Below are positions 51,451 through 62,368 of a DNA stretch of 64,000 nt, piece by piece (position 1 is the stretch's first letter; every line of letters starts with the position of its first letter). A program made the translations under genes and the position numbers. The notes under the pieces are model-generated. The model did not search any database. It was not told the DNA's origin and saw nothing but the letters and a program-made list of their open reading frames with translations. This stretch comes from Podarcis muralis (Eukaryota): positions 36,208,001 to 36,272,000 of the forward strand of contig NC_135660.1 of assembly GCF_964188315.1 (NCBI RefSeq). The letters run 5' to 3'.

Positions 51451-51571
51451 CTGCTGCGGAGGAAGTTATTGTCGTAGTACGTGCAAGATCCGCTCTTGTT
51501 GCACTGTTTCCTCCACCAGATGCACGAGGAGTCGATGAGGAAGCCAAAGAGGGCAGGAGCTGGCAGCCAGG
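51451..51571 (-). CDS. SLCO2A1: SLCO2A1 exon 13 (121 nt; [40 protein letters not shown])
   Basis: Conserved AWLP.PA..G..ID..C and C.YYDN motifs. Long pyrimidine tract with an AAG acceptor, donor gtaac, phases 1/2. Confidence 0.93.
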
Positions 51572-51667
51572 CTTCAAAGGAAAGAAAAAGGGTGAGAACC
51601 AAAAGGATCCAATTGCAGACAAAGCATCTCCCCACTGCATCTCTCACAGTTAGCTCTGGCTAGAATA

Positions 51668-51727
<60 letters not shown>

Positions 51728-51797
51728 GTCTACACCACCCTTCATCTGAGGACCACAGGGTGGTTTGCAATATAGAAACACAAAAATATATAACACC

Positions 51798-51843
<46 letters not shown>
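51668..51843. repeat. (ATT)n and (AC)n microsatellites flanking a short L2-like tail
   Basis: (ATT)n at about 51668-51726 and (AC)n at about 51801-51843. Confidence 0.9.
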
Positions 51844-51847
<4 letters not shown>

Positions 51848-52299
51848 ATTGTTTATTTTTTAAAATATTTTTATCAATTTTTAATAATAACAAACATCAT
51901 ATAATCTTAAACATTGAAAAGTTTAAATGCAACTGTAACATTTTCCATACTTTTAATACAATCAATACAACATCAAAATATGGGATTTTTAAATCCCTTT
52001 TCTTCCCTACCCTCTCCATGGTTACATTATTTTCATTATTAATTCATGCATGTACAAATTAAATTTTCCATCTATTCGTATCTAATTCTATATTTCGTTA
52101 AAATATTGCAAATGTTATTTAGAATCCTGCTGATGTATCAGCCTGTATACAATGCTTTGATATATATGCAGTAAATATTTCCCATTCATTCCCCCCCCCC
52201 CCAGTTTAAAAGGTCATAGATTGCCCCATTGAACACAGCAGGATTTACTTCATATATTACTAATATTTATTAGTCTTGCAGGTCCTGGCAGACACTCAC

Positions 52300-52364
52300 C
52301 TAGCAATCTCATCAACAGGAACTGGACTCCAATGGCAAATGACTTTTCATCAGGATTCACCACC
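52300..52364 (-). CDS. SLCO2A1: SLCO2A1 exon 12 (65 nt; [21 protein letters not shown])
   Basis: Manual translation gives the conserved [16 protein letters not shown]. Acceptor ctcag, donor gtgag, phases 2/1. Confidence 0.95.
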
Positions 52365-53349
52365 CTGAGTAGGATAAAAACACAGTATGTGAGATACTTT
52401 TGGCTCAAAAGCTAGTTGGTATTGCTCTGGGAGAAATTTAAGAAGCCTGGTGATGTTTTGTGGGTTCATGACACAATGCAGCAAGGTTCAAAGCGGCCAG
52501 ATCTTTCATACAGCAAAGCTGAAAATGTCCTGCCCACTTGCCACTTGCCATAAATCAGATCCTTGTCATGTGGTGGCAGGTAAAACATTCTGAGGCCAGC
52601 TGAAGGCTAACCTTCCTTATTAAAGCATATTCAAACAGCAATGTGGGACTGCAGATTTTCTTCCACGTTAGTGATGTTACGGGCAATTGACTAATATTTT
52701 GTGGTTCTGGGACATTTATTCCTTAAAATATTTTTTTTCTATACACCGCCCTATACCTGGAGGTCTCTGGGTGGTTCACAAACAAGACCACAACATATAA
52801 AATCCTCTTTTTTGTGTCTGTGTCACCATTTTATGAAGAGAAAGTTGGGGAATATATGAGAACAAATAAATATAAAAGCCTGTGGATCCCCTAAATTACA
52901 GGCAAGTCTTGCAGAGGTTATCTTCTTGTGTAGTGAAATGTGCTCAGGCCCTAAGTTACAAATGGATGACTCTGTTAATTTCACTTTCTATTTTTCCCAG
53001 TCTTGAATTTAATTCATCCAGTTTCCATGTGTCTGTGATATATATTTTTTTATTCACATGAAAATTCACCCACATTTCTCCTGATATTTGCATTTGCACA
53101 CAATTTTGCCTGTCACAAGCATTTATTTATTTTTTGCAGCAAAAGAATGGATATTTGTGCATTATTTTCACGGTTACCTGCATTTTCATATGCATTCTTT
53201 AGATGGCAAACTGCACTGCAAAATTCAAAGGTGTGGATTCTGAAGGAGAGCTGTCTTTTGGTTTGCATATCGATTCATTCACGATATGTGAATTGGAAGA
53301 GTTAATGTGAATTTCTCTCCCCCTCCTCTGCCCTACTGTGCCTACTTAC

Positions 53350-53519
53350 CTTAGCACCATCATGTAGAGAGGGTTGTGACACAGGCAGGCAACCAATGCA
53401 GCAAAGGAGATGAGGAAAATAACAGGCAGCAGCAAAGAAGCACAACGGATTGGGCAGGAACCAGTCTTTGCTGAGGACTGGCCATTGCTGGTTTTGATAC
53501 AGGAGCAGTTTGTGTAGAT
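53350..53519 (-). CDS. SLCO2A1: SLCO2A1 exon 11 (170 nt; [56 protein letters not shown])
   Basis: Manual translation gives the conserved [21 protein letters not shown] motifs. Acceptor ccaaccag, donor gtaagt, phases 0/2. Confidence 0.95.
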
Positions 53520-53971
53520 CTGGTTGGAATAGCAGAGGAGAAAGTCAACTTCATTTCTGGGAATCCATTATGTTCAGGGAGGGACCACAAGGTGCTGGAG
53601 CAAAGGGTCTTTGCAAGCAGAAGGCCACAGGTTTCAATTCCTGACGCCTCCAATTAAAAGGCTTGGGTAGCAGGCAATGTGAAAACCATCTGCCTGGAAA
53701 GCCGCTGTCAATCAGAGCAGCAATTTGGTCGTCAGGGGAGCGTGGGAATACGTTTGTGGAAGGAAGGCAGTACTGCACTAATGTGACTGAGAATTCATAC
53801 AGTGCTTTTAAAAATCAAATGTGCGATTTGAAAACTTGTGATCCAACCCCCTGAGAGCTTCTCAATACTTTGAATATGGGCACACAGGTAAATGAACAGA
53901 TAAAAAAAGTACACGTGCTAATACTTGATCTAAACTGATTCAGCCTAGGTCGCAAGAACAGCAACCACAAA

Positions 53972-54040
53972 CATCACGTAGAAAAGGTTGTGACACAGGC
54001 AGGTAAGCAATGCAGCAAATGAGACAAGGAACATAAGAGG
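53972..54040 (-). pseudogene. Degenerate partial duplicate of SLCO2A1 exon 11 (3' part)
   Basis: 69-nt ungapped match to 53358-53426 with 10 mismatches. Lacks the exon's donor and an in-phase acceptor. Confidence 0.85.
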
Positions 54041-54518
54041 CTTCCAACAGATGCTCAAATTTTGGCTGTGTATGTGGCGTGCCAATGATAAACTGGTGAT
54101 ATTATTAAGAGGGCCCTTTAGGGTGATCTTAAGTATTGGGGTGGTACATTAGGCTTCCTCTTGAAGATGTAGGGCATGAGCCATTATAGGTCAAAACCTG
54201 GACTGCATTTGGAAGACCATGTAATACCACAGCATCTTACTAGTGGAGCAATCAAATGAACCAGTGGTCCTTTTACCCACTGTTATCAACTTCGAATGGC
54301 AGAAGCGCTTCAAATTCTCAGACACAGCTTTTCCCAAGATGCTGCTTTATTGGGGATGTCTGGAATTGAACCTGCGGAGCATGTGTTCTCCAACAGAGCT
54401 ATGGATTCCCTGCTAAGTCACTATTTTCAACAGGTAGGCCAACTGGAGCCAATACTGAGCATAACTCAATGGCCCAGGAGCCCAAAGCTCTAGCAACACC
54501 TCTGTATGTTGAGCACTA

Positions 54519-54763
54519 TAGTGGTACCTTGGTTTGCAATCACTTTGGATTACAACCGTTTTGGATCACAACCACATCAAACCTGGAAGTGTGTGTCCCT
54601 TTTTTTTTTTTTTTTTTGGATTACAACCCATTTTTGGAGGGATTACAACCAATTTTGGGGGGAGGCCCCACTGGCGAAAGCACGCCTTGGGTTACATACA
54701 ACCTGTTTTGGTTTACAACTGGACCTTTGGAACGGATTATGGTTGTAAACCAAGGTACTACTG
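54519..54763. mobile_element. Tigger/pogo-like MITE
   Basis: TIR (c/t)agtggtaccttggttt and aaaccaaggtactactg, flanked by TA. Confidence 0.8.
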
Positions 54764-54856
54764 TATTTAGATTTGAGGCCATTAAAATGAGTGGACATTC
54801 AGTACTCCAGATCCTCTTACCAGCCCCTGGAGTTTTCCATCGGTACTACTACATAC

Positions 54857-55016
54857 CTTAACACGGGATGCGGAAGAATTACTGAATAAACCAGTACAAC
54901 CAGCGTGGCAGGGAGAAAGGTACTCCACGCCATCATCTCCACAGACTGGGTGGAAGAGATAGTCTGAGCAGGAGCACATCCTGTTGCATTGAGCCTGTCC
55001 TGGGGAACTTGATGTC
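54857..55016 (-). CDS. SLCO2A1: SLCO2A1 exon 10 (160 nt; Kazal-like loop [31 protein letters not shown])
   Basis: Conserved PVCG...YLSPCHAGC motif, acceptor ctggcag, donor gtatg, phases 2/0. Confidence 0.95.
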
Positions 55017-55972
55017 CTGCCAGAAAAAGAGAGGCAAAATAAAATGAAATTAAAGAAGATGGGTGAAAGATACTTTTTTTAAAAAAATGCATTGGGTGAT
55101 TAACCTTTGTTTTCCAGTCTGTTATTGTTGAGTTCTTGCCACTTGGAAGTCTGGCCTCCTGCCTAGGACTTACCCACCCAAGATACGTCTAAGGTTTTTC
55201 AGTGAACTCGGTCGTAATTATTACTCACACGCACATGCAGACAAAACACTCACGTACCTGGGTGGGAAAACATTTGATGCCTGGAGGAATCAACCTGAGC
55301 TGAGTCTTACCAGTAAAAAGAGGGTGGGGGGAACCCACCATTGAACACCCAAAGCAGAACAAAGAAAAAAGCCAGTCAAAAGAAAACGAGAATGAAAACT
55401 GGAAACATTCTAGGTGCAAAGTACGATCCAAGGTCAGTATCACATGGGATGTGTGCAATATTGAGAGCTGCCATTTAGACAAACCTTGTCCACTTTGACC
55501 CCCATCAGCTCTCTGAGACCTCAATTAGAGAAATTCCATAGCCTTGGAAGCCCTGAGAGTCTTTTATATGGAAGGTGACCTGGAGTCAGTCTCTTTTAAT
55601 GTGCCAATAACATTTTCTACCACTCAGCTTCCCCGCTCTCTGAAATACCATGGGGAATAGAAAGAACAGCAAGGAGGAAGAAATGATTCAGTGGCAATTG
55701 TTGGGGTTTATCGAAGGAAAGTGTGAAGGGGGAAATCTGAGCACCCATGATTTTAGAGTGGATGACTCAAAGTCAGGGATGGTGAATCTGTGTCCCTCCA
55801 GATGTTCCTGGACTCCAACTCCCATTATCCCTAATCACTGGTCATGCTAGTTGGGGCTGATGGGAGTTGTGGTCCAACCATCTTTGGAGGGCCGCAGGTC
55901 CCCCACCCCTGCACTAAATTCTAATTCCCCACCCCCACCCCACGGTGCTTAATGGAAAGCAGAATGTGTTAC

Positions 55973-56162
55973 CTGTCTGGATAAATTTCTGCTATCTTCT
56001 CTGTAGAGCAACCCATGAAGAACAGAGGGAGGCAGCAAAGTGTGGAGACGAGGAGCACACTGATGGCAAACCGTGGGATAGCTTTGAGAGAGAAAGCAAA
56101 ACGCTTCATGACAAGGCCTCCAAACAGCATTCCTAGGGCAGCTGCAGGAAGGTTCACAGATC
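55973..56162 (-). CDS. SLCO2A1: SLCO2A1 exon 9 (190 nt; [15 protein letters not shown]...[16 protein letters not shown])
   Basis: Conserved OATP TM8/9 sequence, acceptor ttttgcag, donor gtaac, phases 1/2. Confidence 0.95.
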
Positions 56163-56639
56163 CTGCAAAAAAAGGGGAGGTGGAGAGGAAGCAACGGGAG
56201 ACAGTGGTTCGTAACTGAAAGCAACTTAATTTTTTTAGCCAAAGCATGAAGTCAATCTTAAAGCTGGAATAGAACTGTACTCTATTTTGCATGGTGAGGC
56301 CAACACAGAGTCACTCTTACTGAGTCCTGGCCTCTACCCTAGGGGCTGCTCTACATGCAATGGGATTCCTCCAAGGGAAGCATCCTCCTTGTGAGGGTCT
56401 GCATGAATCTTGCATGTAACACCTAGTTGCAATGACTTCGTGTTTGTAATTCAGAAAAAGTGTACTTGTTCTGGGTAACTCATCATCATCATCATCAAAC
56501 CTTTTAGTGGCATCACATACAAACATCCATAGTAAATCAATACAGAATTACCACCTCCCCAATGTCGCAGAACAATTGTCAAATGAAAAGAGGCAAAACA
56601 GTCTAACATGACATATCTAGGTCTCCAGGGAGATCAGAC

Positions 56640-57040
56640 ACCTGCAATGTGTTTCTGCGACAAAAAGACCAAATAAAGATATTTAGCCATAAACTTGATG
56701 AGCTCCTGATCATTCCCCAGTAATAGAAAATGTATGACTTCCAACTCTGGTTTCCATTTGGGGATGCAGAGTTGATCTAGAAACTGCTGGTGGAGATCAG
56801 CATATAGTTTACATTTAAGAACCATATAAGTAAGAGTTTCCAGCAGGTGGTCTTCATATGGGCAAATTCTTTCTCCTTCCACCATTCCCGAGAACCTTCC
56901 CCAAAGGAGGTTTGATGGATTTGAATTAAACCTGGCCAGTGAAAATGCCCTTCTTTCTTCAGGGGTAAGCAGAAATCCATGATAATTGTGATTAATTTCA
57001 TATGCCCAAGAAAGTTGAAAATAAAGAGGGGAACATGTTT
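56640..57040 (-). mobile_element. Non-LTR retrotransposon ORF2 C-terminal fragment (clade uncertain)
   Basis: RRAFSLARFNSNPSNLLWGRF...ERICP...ETLTYMVLKCKLY resembles the C-terminal CCHC-knuckle region of LINE ORF2. Confidence 0.6.
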
Positions 57041-57913
57041 TCTCTGCTGCTGCTGCTGTTAGTTCCTGGCATTCAATGTCCCACAACCTAGTTTTTATTA
57101 TAGCCTTGGCAGATGGTGGGGGCATCGATCACAAAAGTTCAGGGTAAATAAGGTCAGCCTCCACTCGATGGAGGATACCTCCTGCTTCCAGCACAGCTTT
57201 GTCCCATGTTACAGGCAGGATTCAAGATAGAAGGAGTGTTTCCTTCTAGTTTCAGAATGCTTTTGTTGCGGTTTTGAATTACTGTATGTAACTGTTTGCC
57301 CACATTGCAGGCCCTCAGCTTGTTTAGAAGGGTGCTAGTTTATCCTGCCTATCTCAAAGGGTCTATCCAAGCAGAGTTTGGCTTCATCACTTAACTGAGG
57401 AAGCTGTGTGTAGTATACAGATACATACATACACAGATAAAGAAAAGAAAAGAAAAGGGAAGCACAGTGAGCTGATTCACAACCAGGATAGATGGAAATG
57501 CTTGACCGTCGCCCACACAAACGTTGTCCAACTGCAGAAGGCCCCACAGCAACTTCCTTAATTAAATTATTTTTGACTCCACGACTCCAACACCCACAAA
57601 CTTTTAGAGCTCTGCCAAACCAAAGTCTGCCCTGACTCCTGAGTAATGTTCATTGCCTGGTGTGGTTAAAGGGCACCCATTCTTTCCATGCATGGCCCAA
57701 GGACTAGAGAGATAGCCAATGATTGTCTAGTTGCCTTTGACTGCCCTACCCTGTCCTCCTCCAATCAGATTGGACTGCCAGCTGGTATGACACCAAGAAG
57801 GACTGGCTCCAAAGCCTTGAGGAACGTAACCTGGCTATAACTTTATTCTGAGAAGGTTTGGGCTGAAATAACTAAAAATCATGATTAGTCGAGAGGCAGT
57901 GCCATTCCCTCAC

Positions 57914-58078
57914 CAATGAGGAAGTTTGCATAGGAAGAGGTGGCGCCAAACTGTTTCTCTAGGAACTTGTTGAGGAAGGTGGAGAGGCCAGCAATGACGG
58001 AGGAGAAGCTGCACTGAGCCAAAACCAGGAACATGAAGAGCGGATTGAGGAGCAGCCTCAGGAAGCCTTGGGGAAACT
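57914..58078 (-). CDS. SLCO2A1: SLCO2A1 exon 8 (165 nt; [55 protein letters not shown])
   Basis: Conserved [13 protein letters not shown] motif, cag acceptor, gtgag donor, phases 1/1. Confidence 0.95.
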
Positions 58079-59240
58079 CTGAAGGCAAAAACAGGGGAAC
58101 AAGTCAGTCACAGAGAGAGCATCACCAGTTGCATGAGCAACAGAGAGCATGCTTTAAAACAACAACAACAACACTCTTACGATTTCATTTATTTAACACA
58201 TTTTTATCATGCTCTTCATTCCATTTAAAATGGTCGTGCTGGTTCAAAATTGGTTAGATGCAGCACAAAACACAACAATAAGCCTATAAGGGGAAAATAA
58301 AGAGATTCTTAAAACATACACATTTTAAAAATACATGGGTGTACAAAAGAGTTTCTGCCTACCACCAAAAGCACTGTGATGTAGGGTGCCAGGTGAGTCT
58401 CTACAGCAGGGATAGAGAACCTGTGGCCTTCCAAATGTTGTTGGACCACACTAGCTGGGGCTGATGGGAGTTGTGGTCCACCAGCCACAGGCTCCCCATT
58501 CCTGCTTTGTAGGGAACAGCATTCAATAAATAGGACGCAGGTACCTAAGAGGCCCTTTCCTTTGTTGTCACATATCTTACCCTATCATAAATGTTAGTTA
58601 CACCAAAAAGTCCCATGGAATTCTATTCCCATTGGGCCAGACTATTAAGGCATGTTAAACCTGGCTTCTGTTTCTAAAGTCAGTGATGCCTTGGCTGGAC
58701 TGATTTAGCTTCTTAACTGGCCTTCTGCTAAATGCTTAGGGAAGGGTTACATATCAAAAACAGACTGCGGTGGGTTTACATTAACAATATCTTTTGTAAA
58801 AAGAGAGTGCTATCAATGGCTACAAATCATGATGTCTATGGGCTATGTCCCGGTCCAGAGGCTACATGCCTCTGAAATGCCAGTTGCTGGAAAACAACCT
58901 CATGTCCTGTTTAGGGGCTTCTCAGAGGCAGCTGGCTGGCCACTGCCAAACGGGAGGCTGGACTAGATAGGGCCTGAGTTTGCTCCAGAAAGGTTCTTTG
59001 ATTCTTCCTTCTTGTAATATGCAGCATGGTCATATGTAGCTAAACTGATGAGCTTTGCACAAAAGAAGCAGGGGCTGCAGCCAAGAAGCCTTTCAGGAGA
59101 ACATCAAAATAACAAAATCATACAGAGCTGCTAGCTAAGATAAGGATACAGGTGTGGGTGCTAAGGGATCTTGTATTTCTAAACAGTTCCTTTTTTGCAG
59201 TGTAGCATGAATGCTGAAAGTTGGTAAGAAAAGCCTTTAC

Positions 59241-59319
59241 TTTTGGTAAATTCTACCAGTGATCCTTCCTCTGCCTTGGCCTTCTCAATCTTCTTCAGGA
59301 CGTCCACCTCATATTCCGC
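59241..59319 (-). CDS. SLCO2A1: SLCO2A1 exon 7 (79 nt; AEYEVDVLKKIEKAKAEEGSLVEFTK)
   Basis: Acceptor tcccagcag| and donor A|gtaaag. Phases 0/1 fit the neighbouring exons, and GSLVEF resembles human GSLVDF. Confidence 0.85.
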
Positions 59320-59837
59320 CTGCTGGGACAGAAGCAAAGAGAAGGGTTTTTTTTTGTGTGAACAGGAGGGTGATGGTTCGTTTTGTCCTCTGGAAACAAG
59401 GCCCTGAACATGCAGAGCAAGCATGAAACAGGATGCAGATCCTGGGAGCAGGCCCAGCAAAAGCAAAAGAGAAATTATTGTGGGGGGTGTGCATGTTCTT
59501 CTCCGAGCATAACAGTGACAGCAAAAAAGACTGAGGCAAGAAACAAACAAAAAAGGCTGGCTCATCTGGAAAAAAACTGACCTTGCCCACAATACAAATG
59601 ACACTCCACCTGCTTCCATACAGCTTTCTTTGATTTGGCTATTGGCAAGGCTGCAACCTTTACCCCCATTTTGAACACTGACTTGATGAATACGAAGGGA
59701 AGCTATGGCAGAACTTTTGCCTCTTGGTTTACAAAGTGATTGGGACACTTTAGGGGCGGCTCTTGAGCTAGTTTTTGTACCATCACCCTCTGCTTGGGGT
59801 GCCTGCTATGTCCACCTTCAGAGAGGGACACTGAAAA

Positions 59838-59976
59838 AGCTCATCTGGTAGAGAGCATGAGACTCTTAATCTCAAGGTCAGAGGTTTGAGCCCCACATTG
59901 GGCAAAAGATTCCTGCATTGCAGGGGGTTGGACTAGATGACCCTCATGGTCCCTTGAACTCTACAGTTCTATGATT
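59838..59976 (+). mobile_element. SINE with a tRNA-Lys(CTT)-like head and a CR1 tail
   Basis: agagcatgagactcttaatctcaaggtcagaggtttgagccccacattgggc followed by ggactagatgaccc...gaactctacagttctatgatt. Confidence 0.75.
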
Positions 59977-60021
59977 AACTGCTCTCCTGCTGCCATGAAG
60001 GGTAATAACAGAAAGGGGAAA

Positions 60022-60024
<3 letters not shown>

Positions 60025-60065
<41 letters not shown>
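60025..60065. repeat. (AC)n microsatellite
   Basis: Directly visible. Confidence 0.95.
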
Positions 60066-60067
<2 letters not shown>

Positions 60068-60186
60068 TAAAAGCCTTCATATGAGATTAAGATGAGGATG
60101 CATATTTCTCCCCTCTTACTGTATTTCAAAGTAAGGAAAGGAGTCAGAGCTATACTGAATATGCAAGACAAAGACTAACACTGGGA

Positions 60187-60355
60187 CAGTGGCGTAGCGT
60201 GGGTTGTCAGCACCCGGGGCAAGGCAAGTAATTTGCGCCCCCTAACCCTGAGTGAGCCAGGTAGGGGCAGAGAGCTGCGAGTGTGAGCGCCCCCCCCCCC
60301 AGATGTTGCGCCCGGTGCGGCCGGGCCCCCCTGCACCCCCCACGCTACGCCACTG
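60187..60355. mobile_element. Non-autonomous hAT element (169 bp)
   Basis: Perfect 17-bp TIRs cagtggcgtagcgtggg and a perfect 8-bp TSD cactggga. Confidence 0.92.
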
Positions 60356-60400
60356 CACTGGGATGCTTGATAGTATTTCCAACATCTTTGTTAATGGCTT

Positions 60401-60403
<3 letters not shown>

Positions 60404-60455
<52 letters not shown>
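60404..60455. repeat. (TA)n microsatellite, target of the Penelope insertion
   Basis: Directly visible. The tract continues at 62445-62463. Confidence 0.95.
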
Positions 60456-60458
<3 letters not shown>

Positions 60459-60664
60459 CAGGTTTTGGTGTCCTCGGGTATCTTCCCGTGTAAAAGTTGG
60501 GGTGTCTAGGCGACGTTTCGACGAGGTCTCACTCGTCATCTTCAGGCTGGTGCTTTCGGCTTTAAGCAAAACCTACATCCCAATGACCTACTTGTGAGCT
60601 TCGATGTTGTATCTCTCTTCACACAAGTGCCCATTAATGAAGCCTTGTATCTCTCTTCACACAA

Positions 60665-62239
60665 GTGCCCATTAATGAAGCCTTGACAGCCATTCAAAAC
60701 AAATACAATCCCCCCGAATACATCTTGGACCTGACCAACCACTGCCTAACCAACACGTACTTCATCCACAATGGACAAAGATATAAACAGATAGAAGGAG
60801 CACCTATGGGATCACCCCTCTCACCGGTCATCGCAAACCTGTACATGGAACACTTTGAAACCAATGCTTTAGACAAGTCAGAACACAAACCCAAACTTTG
60901 GCTCAGATATGTTGACGACACCTTTGTAATTTGGCCACACGGGAAGGAAAAACTGGACAGCTTCCTCACACATCTCAACAGCCTACACCCCAAAATACAA
61001 TTCACTATGGAAATAGAAGCCAACAACCAACTTCCCTTTCTTGACGTCCTAATCTACAAAAAACCTGATGGCTCCCTAGGACACACTATCTACCGGAAAA
61101 AAACACACACCAACCGCTACTTACATGCACAATCACACCACCACCCTGCACAAATAAACTCCGTAGCCAAGACTCTCATCTCCAGAACCAAACGCCTGGC
61201 TGACAAAGACCACTTGACAACTGAGTTACAGAATCTCTCAAATGTGTTAATTGCCAATGGATACCAGCAAAACAGGGTTACGAAGCTAATCCAAAAAGAA
61301 ACACCCCCCAAAAACCAAGACACAGAAGAAAACAATGGCATGGCCCTCCTTCCTTATATCAAGGGCACTACAGATAAAATTAGCAAAATCCTCCATAAAC
61401 ACAATATCAAAACAGCCTTTTGCGCCAACCAAAAAATAGCCAATATCCTCAGAAACCCCAAGGATAAAATCCAGTTGGAAAACCAAGGGGTCTATGAAAT
61501 ACCCTGCAAAGTCTGCCCAGCCACGTACATTGGACAAACAAACAGACGAATAAATGCACGTATCGCAGAACACAAGAATGCCGTCAAAAAAGAAGAAAAA
61601 ACTTCCTCTCTCTTCCAACACATGAAAGAAACAGGACACGAAATTAATTTTGCAGATTCCAAATTGCTCTCTAACATGGAACATCACCACAAGAGAATAA
61701 TCATGGAAGCCATCGAGATAGAGAAACACCCTCACAACATGAACAAGCGTGACGACACATCCCGCTTGCCAGACATCTGGAAATTAGCCCTCCCCACAAA
61801 AACTGACACCAGATCCAGAGGCACACAGAACGCCATCACCAATCAACCACACCAGACCCAAACCCAGACCCTCTCCACAGATAAATTACAGACACCATCC
61901 AGTAGCCAAACCATGGTGGCACCTCCGGATGCTGCACCCCCCTGCAATCCCTACACAGATCTGGCTGGCACAGGCCACAAAACCACAGCTCGCCCCTATA
62001 CACGAAGCCAAGCCAGAGCACAACTAAATGTAGTACACCCATCTTCTCAGAAAAACTCTTCACAAAGTTCAAGAGGTCAAGACACAAAGGCTTTAGCAAC
62101 TAATCCACACCTAATGACCCACCTAAGTGGTACTCAGGATATCACTCAAGAAATCACTCAAGATATCCCTCAAGCAATTAAGGAACAAAAGAAGAAAAGG
62201 CACACTAGCCTGGGAACTTCCTCTCTGCCCAGAACATAG
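60665..62239 (+). CDS. Penelope-like RT-GIY-YIG polyprotein, N-terminally truncated (524 aa open)
   Basis: RT motifs QIEGAPMGSPLSP and RYVDD, and GIY-YIG motif GVYEIPCKVCPATYIGQT...RIAEH. The upstream RT motif SFDVVSLFTQVP is shifted out of frame by a 38-bp duplication. Confidence 0.9.
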   Translation: MPINEALTAIQNKYNPPEYILDLTNHCLTNTYFIHNGQRYKQIEGAPMGSPLSPVIANLYMEHFETNALDKSEHKPKLWLRYVDDTFVIWPHGKEKLDSFLTHLNSLHPKIQFTMEIEANNQLPFLDVLIYKKPDGSLGHTIYRKKTHTNRYLHAQSHHHPAQINSVAKTLISRTKRLADKDHLTTELQNLSNVLIANGYQQNRVTKLIQKETPPKNQDTEENNGMALLPYIKGTTDKISKILHKHNIKTAFCANQKIANILRNPKDKIQLENQGVYEIPCKVCPATYIGQTNRRINARIAEHKNAVKKEEKTSSLFQHMKETGHEINFADSKLLSNMEHHHKRIIMEAIEIEKHPHNMNKRDDTSRLPDIWKLALPTKTDTRSRGTQNAITNQPHQTQTQTLSTDKLQTPSSSQTMVAPPDAAPPCNPYTDLAGTGHKTTARPYTRSQARAQLNVVHPSSQKNSSQSSRGQDTKALATNPHLMTHLSGTQDITQEITQDIPQAIKEQKKKRHTSLGTSSLPRT

Positions 62240-62320
62240 GAGGCCACACCTCCTCAACAGTATTTATAGGAACTCAAACACTGAGATCCTGCTCTGTTCC
62301 AGTTACAAGAAGCCGAAAGC

Positions 62321-62368
62321 ACCAGCCTGAAGATGACGAGTGAGACCTCGTCGAAACGTCGCCTAGAC
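62321..62368 (+). ncRNA. Minimal hammerhead-ribozyme-like motif in the pLTR (inverted copy on the minus strand at about 60504-60551)
   Basis: CTGAAGA (62327-62333), then T, stem II GACGAG/CTCGTC, then GAAACGTC with a palindromic ACGT and a GUC triplet ending at 62360. Stem I is weak (only 2 clear pairs). Confidence 0.6.
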
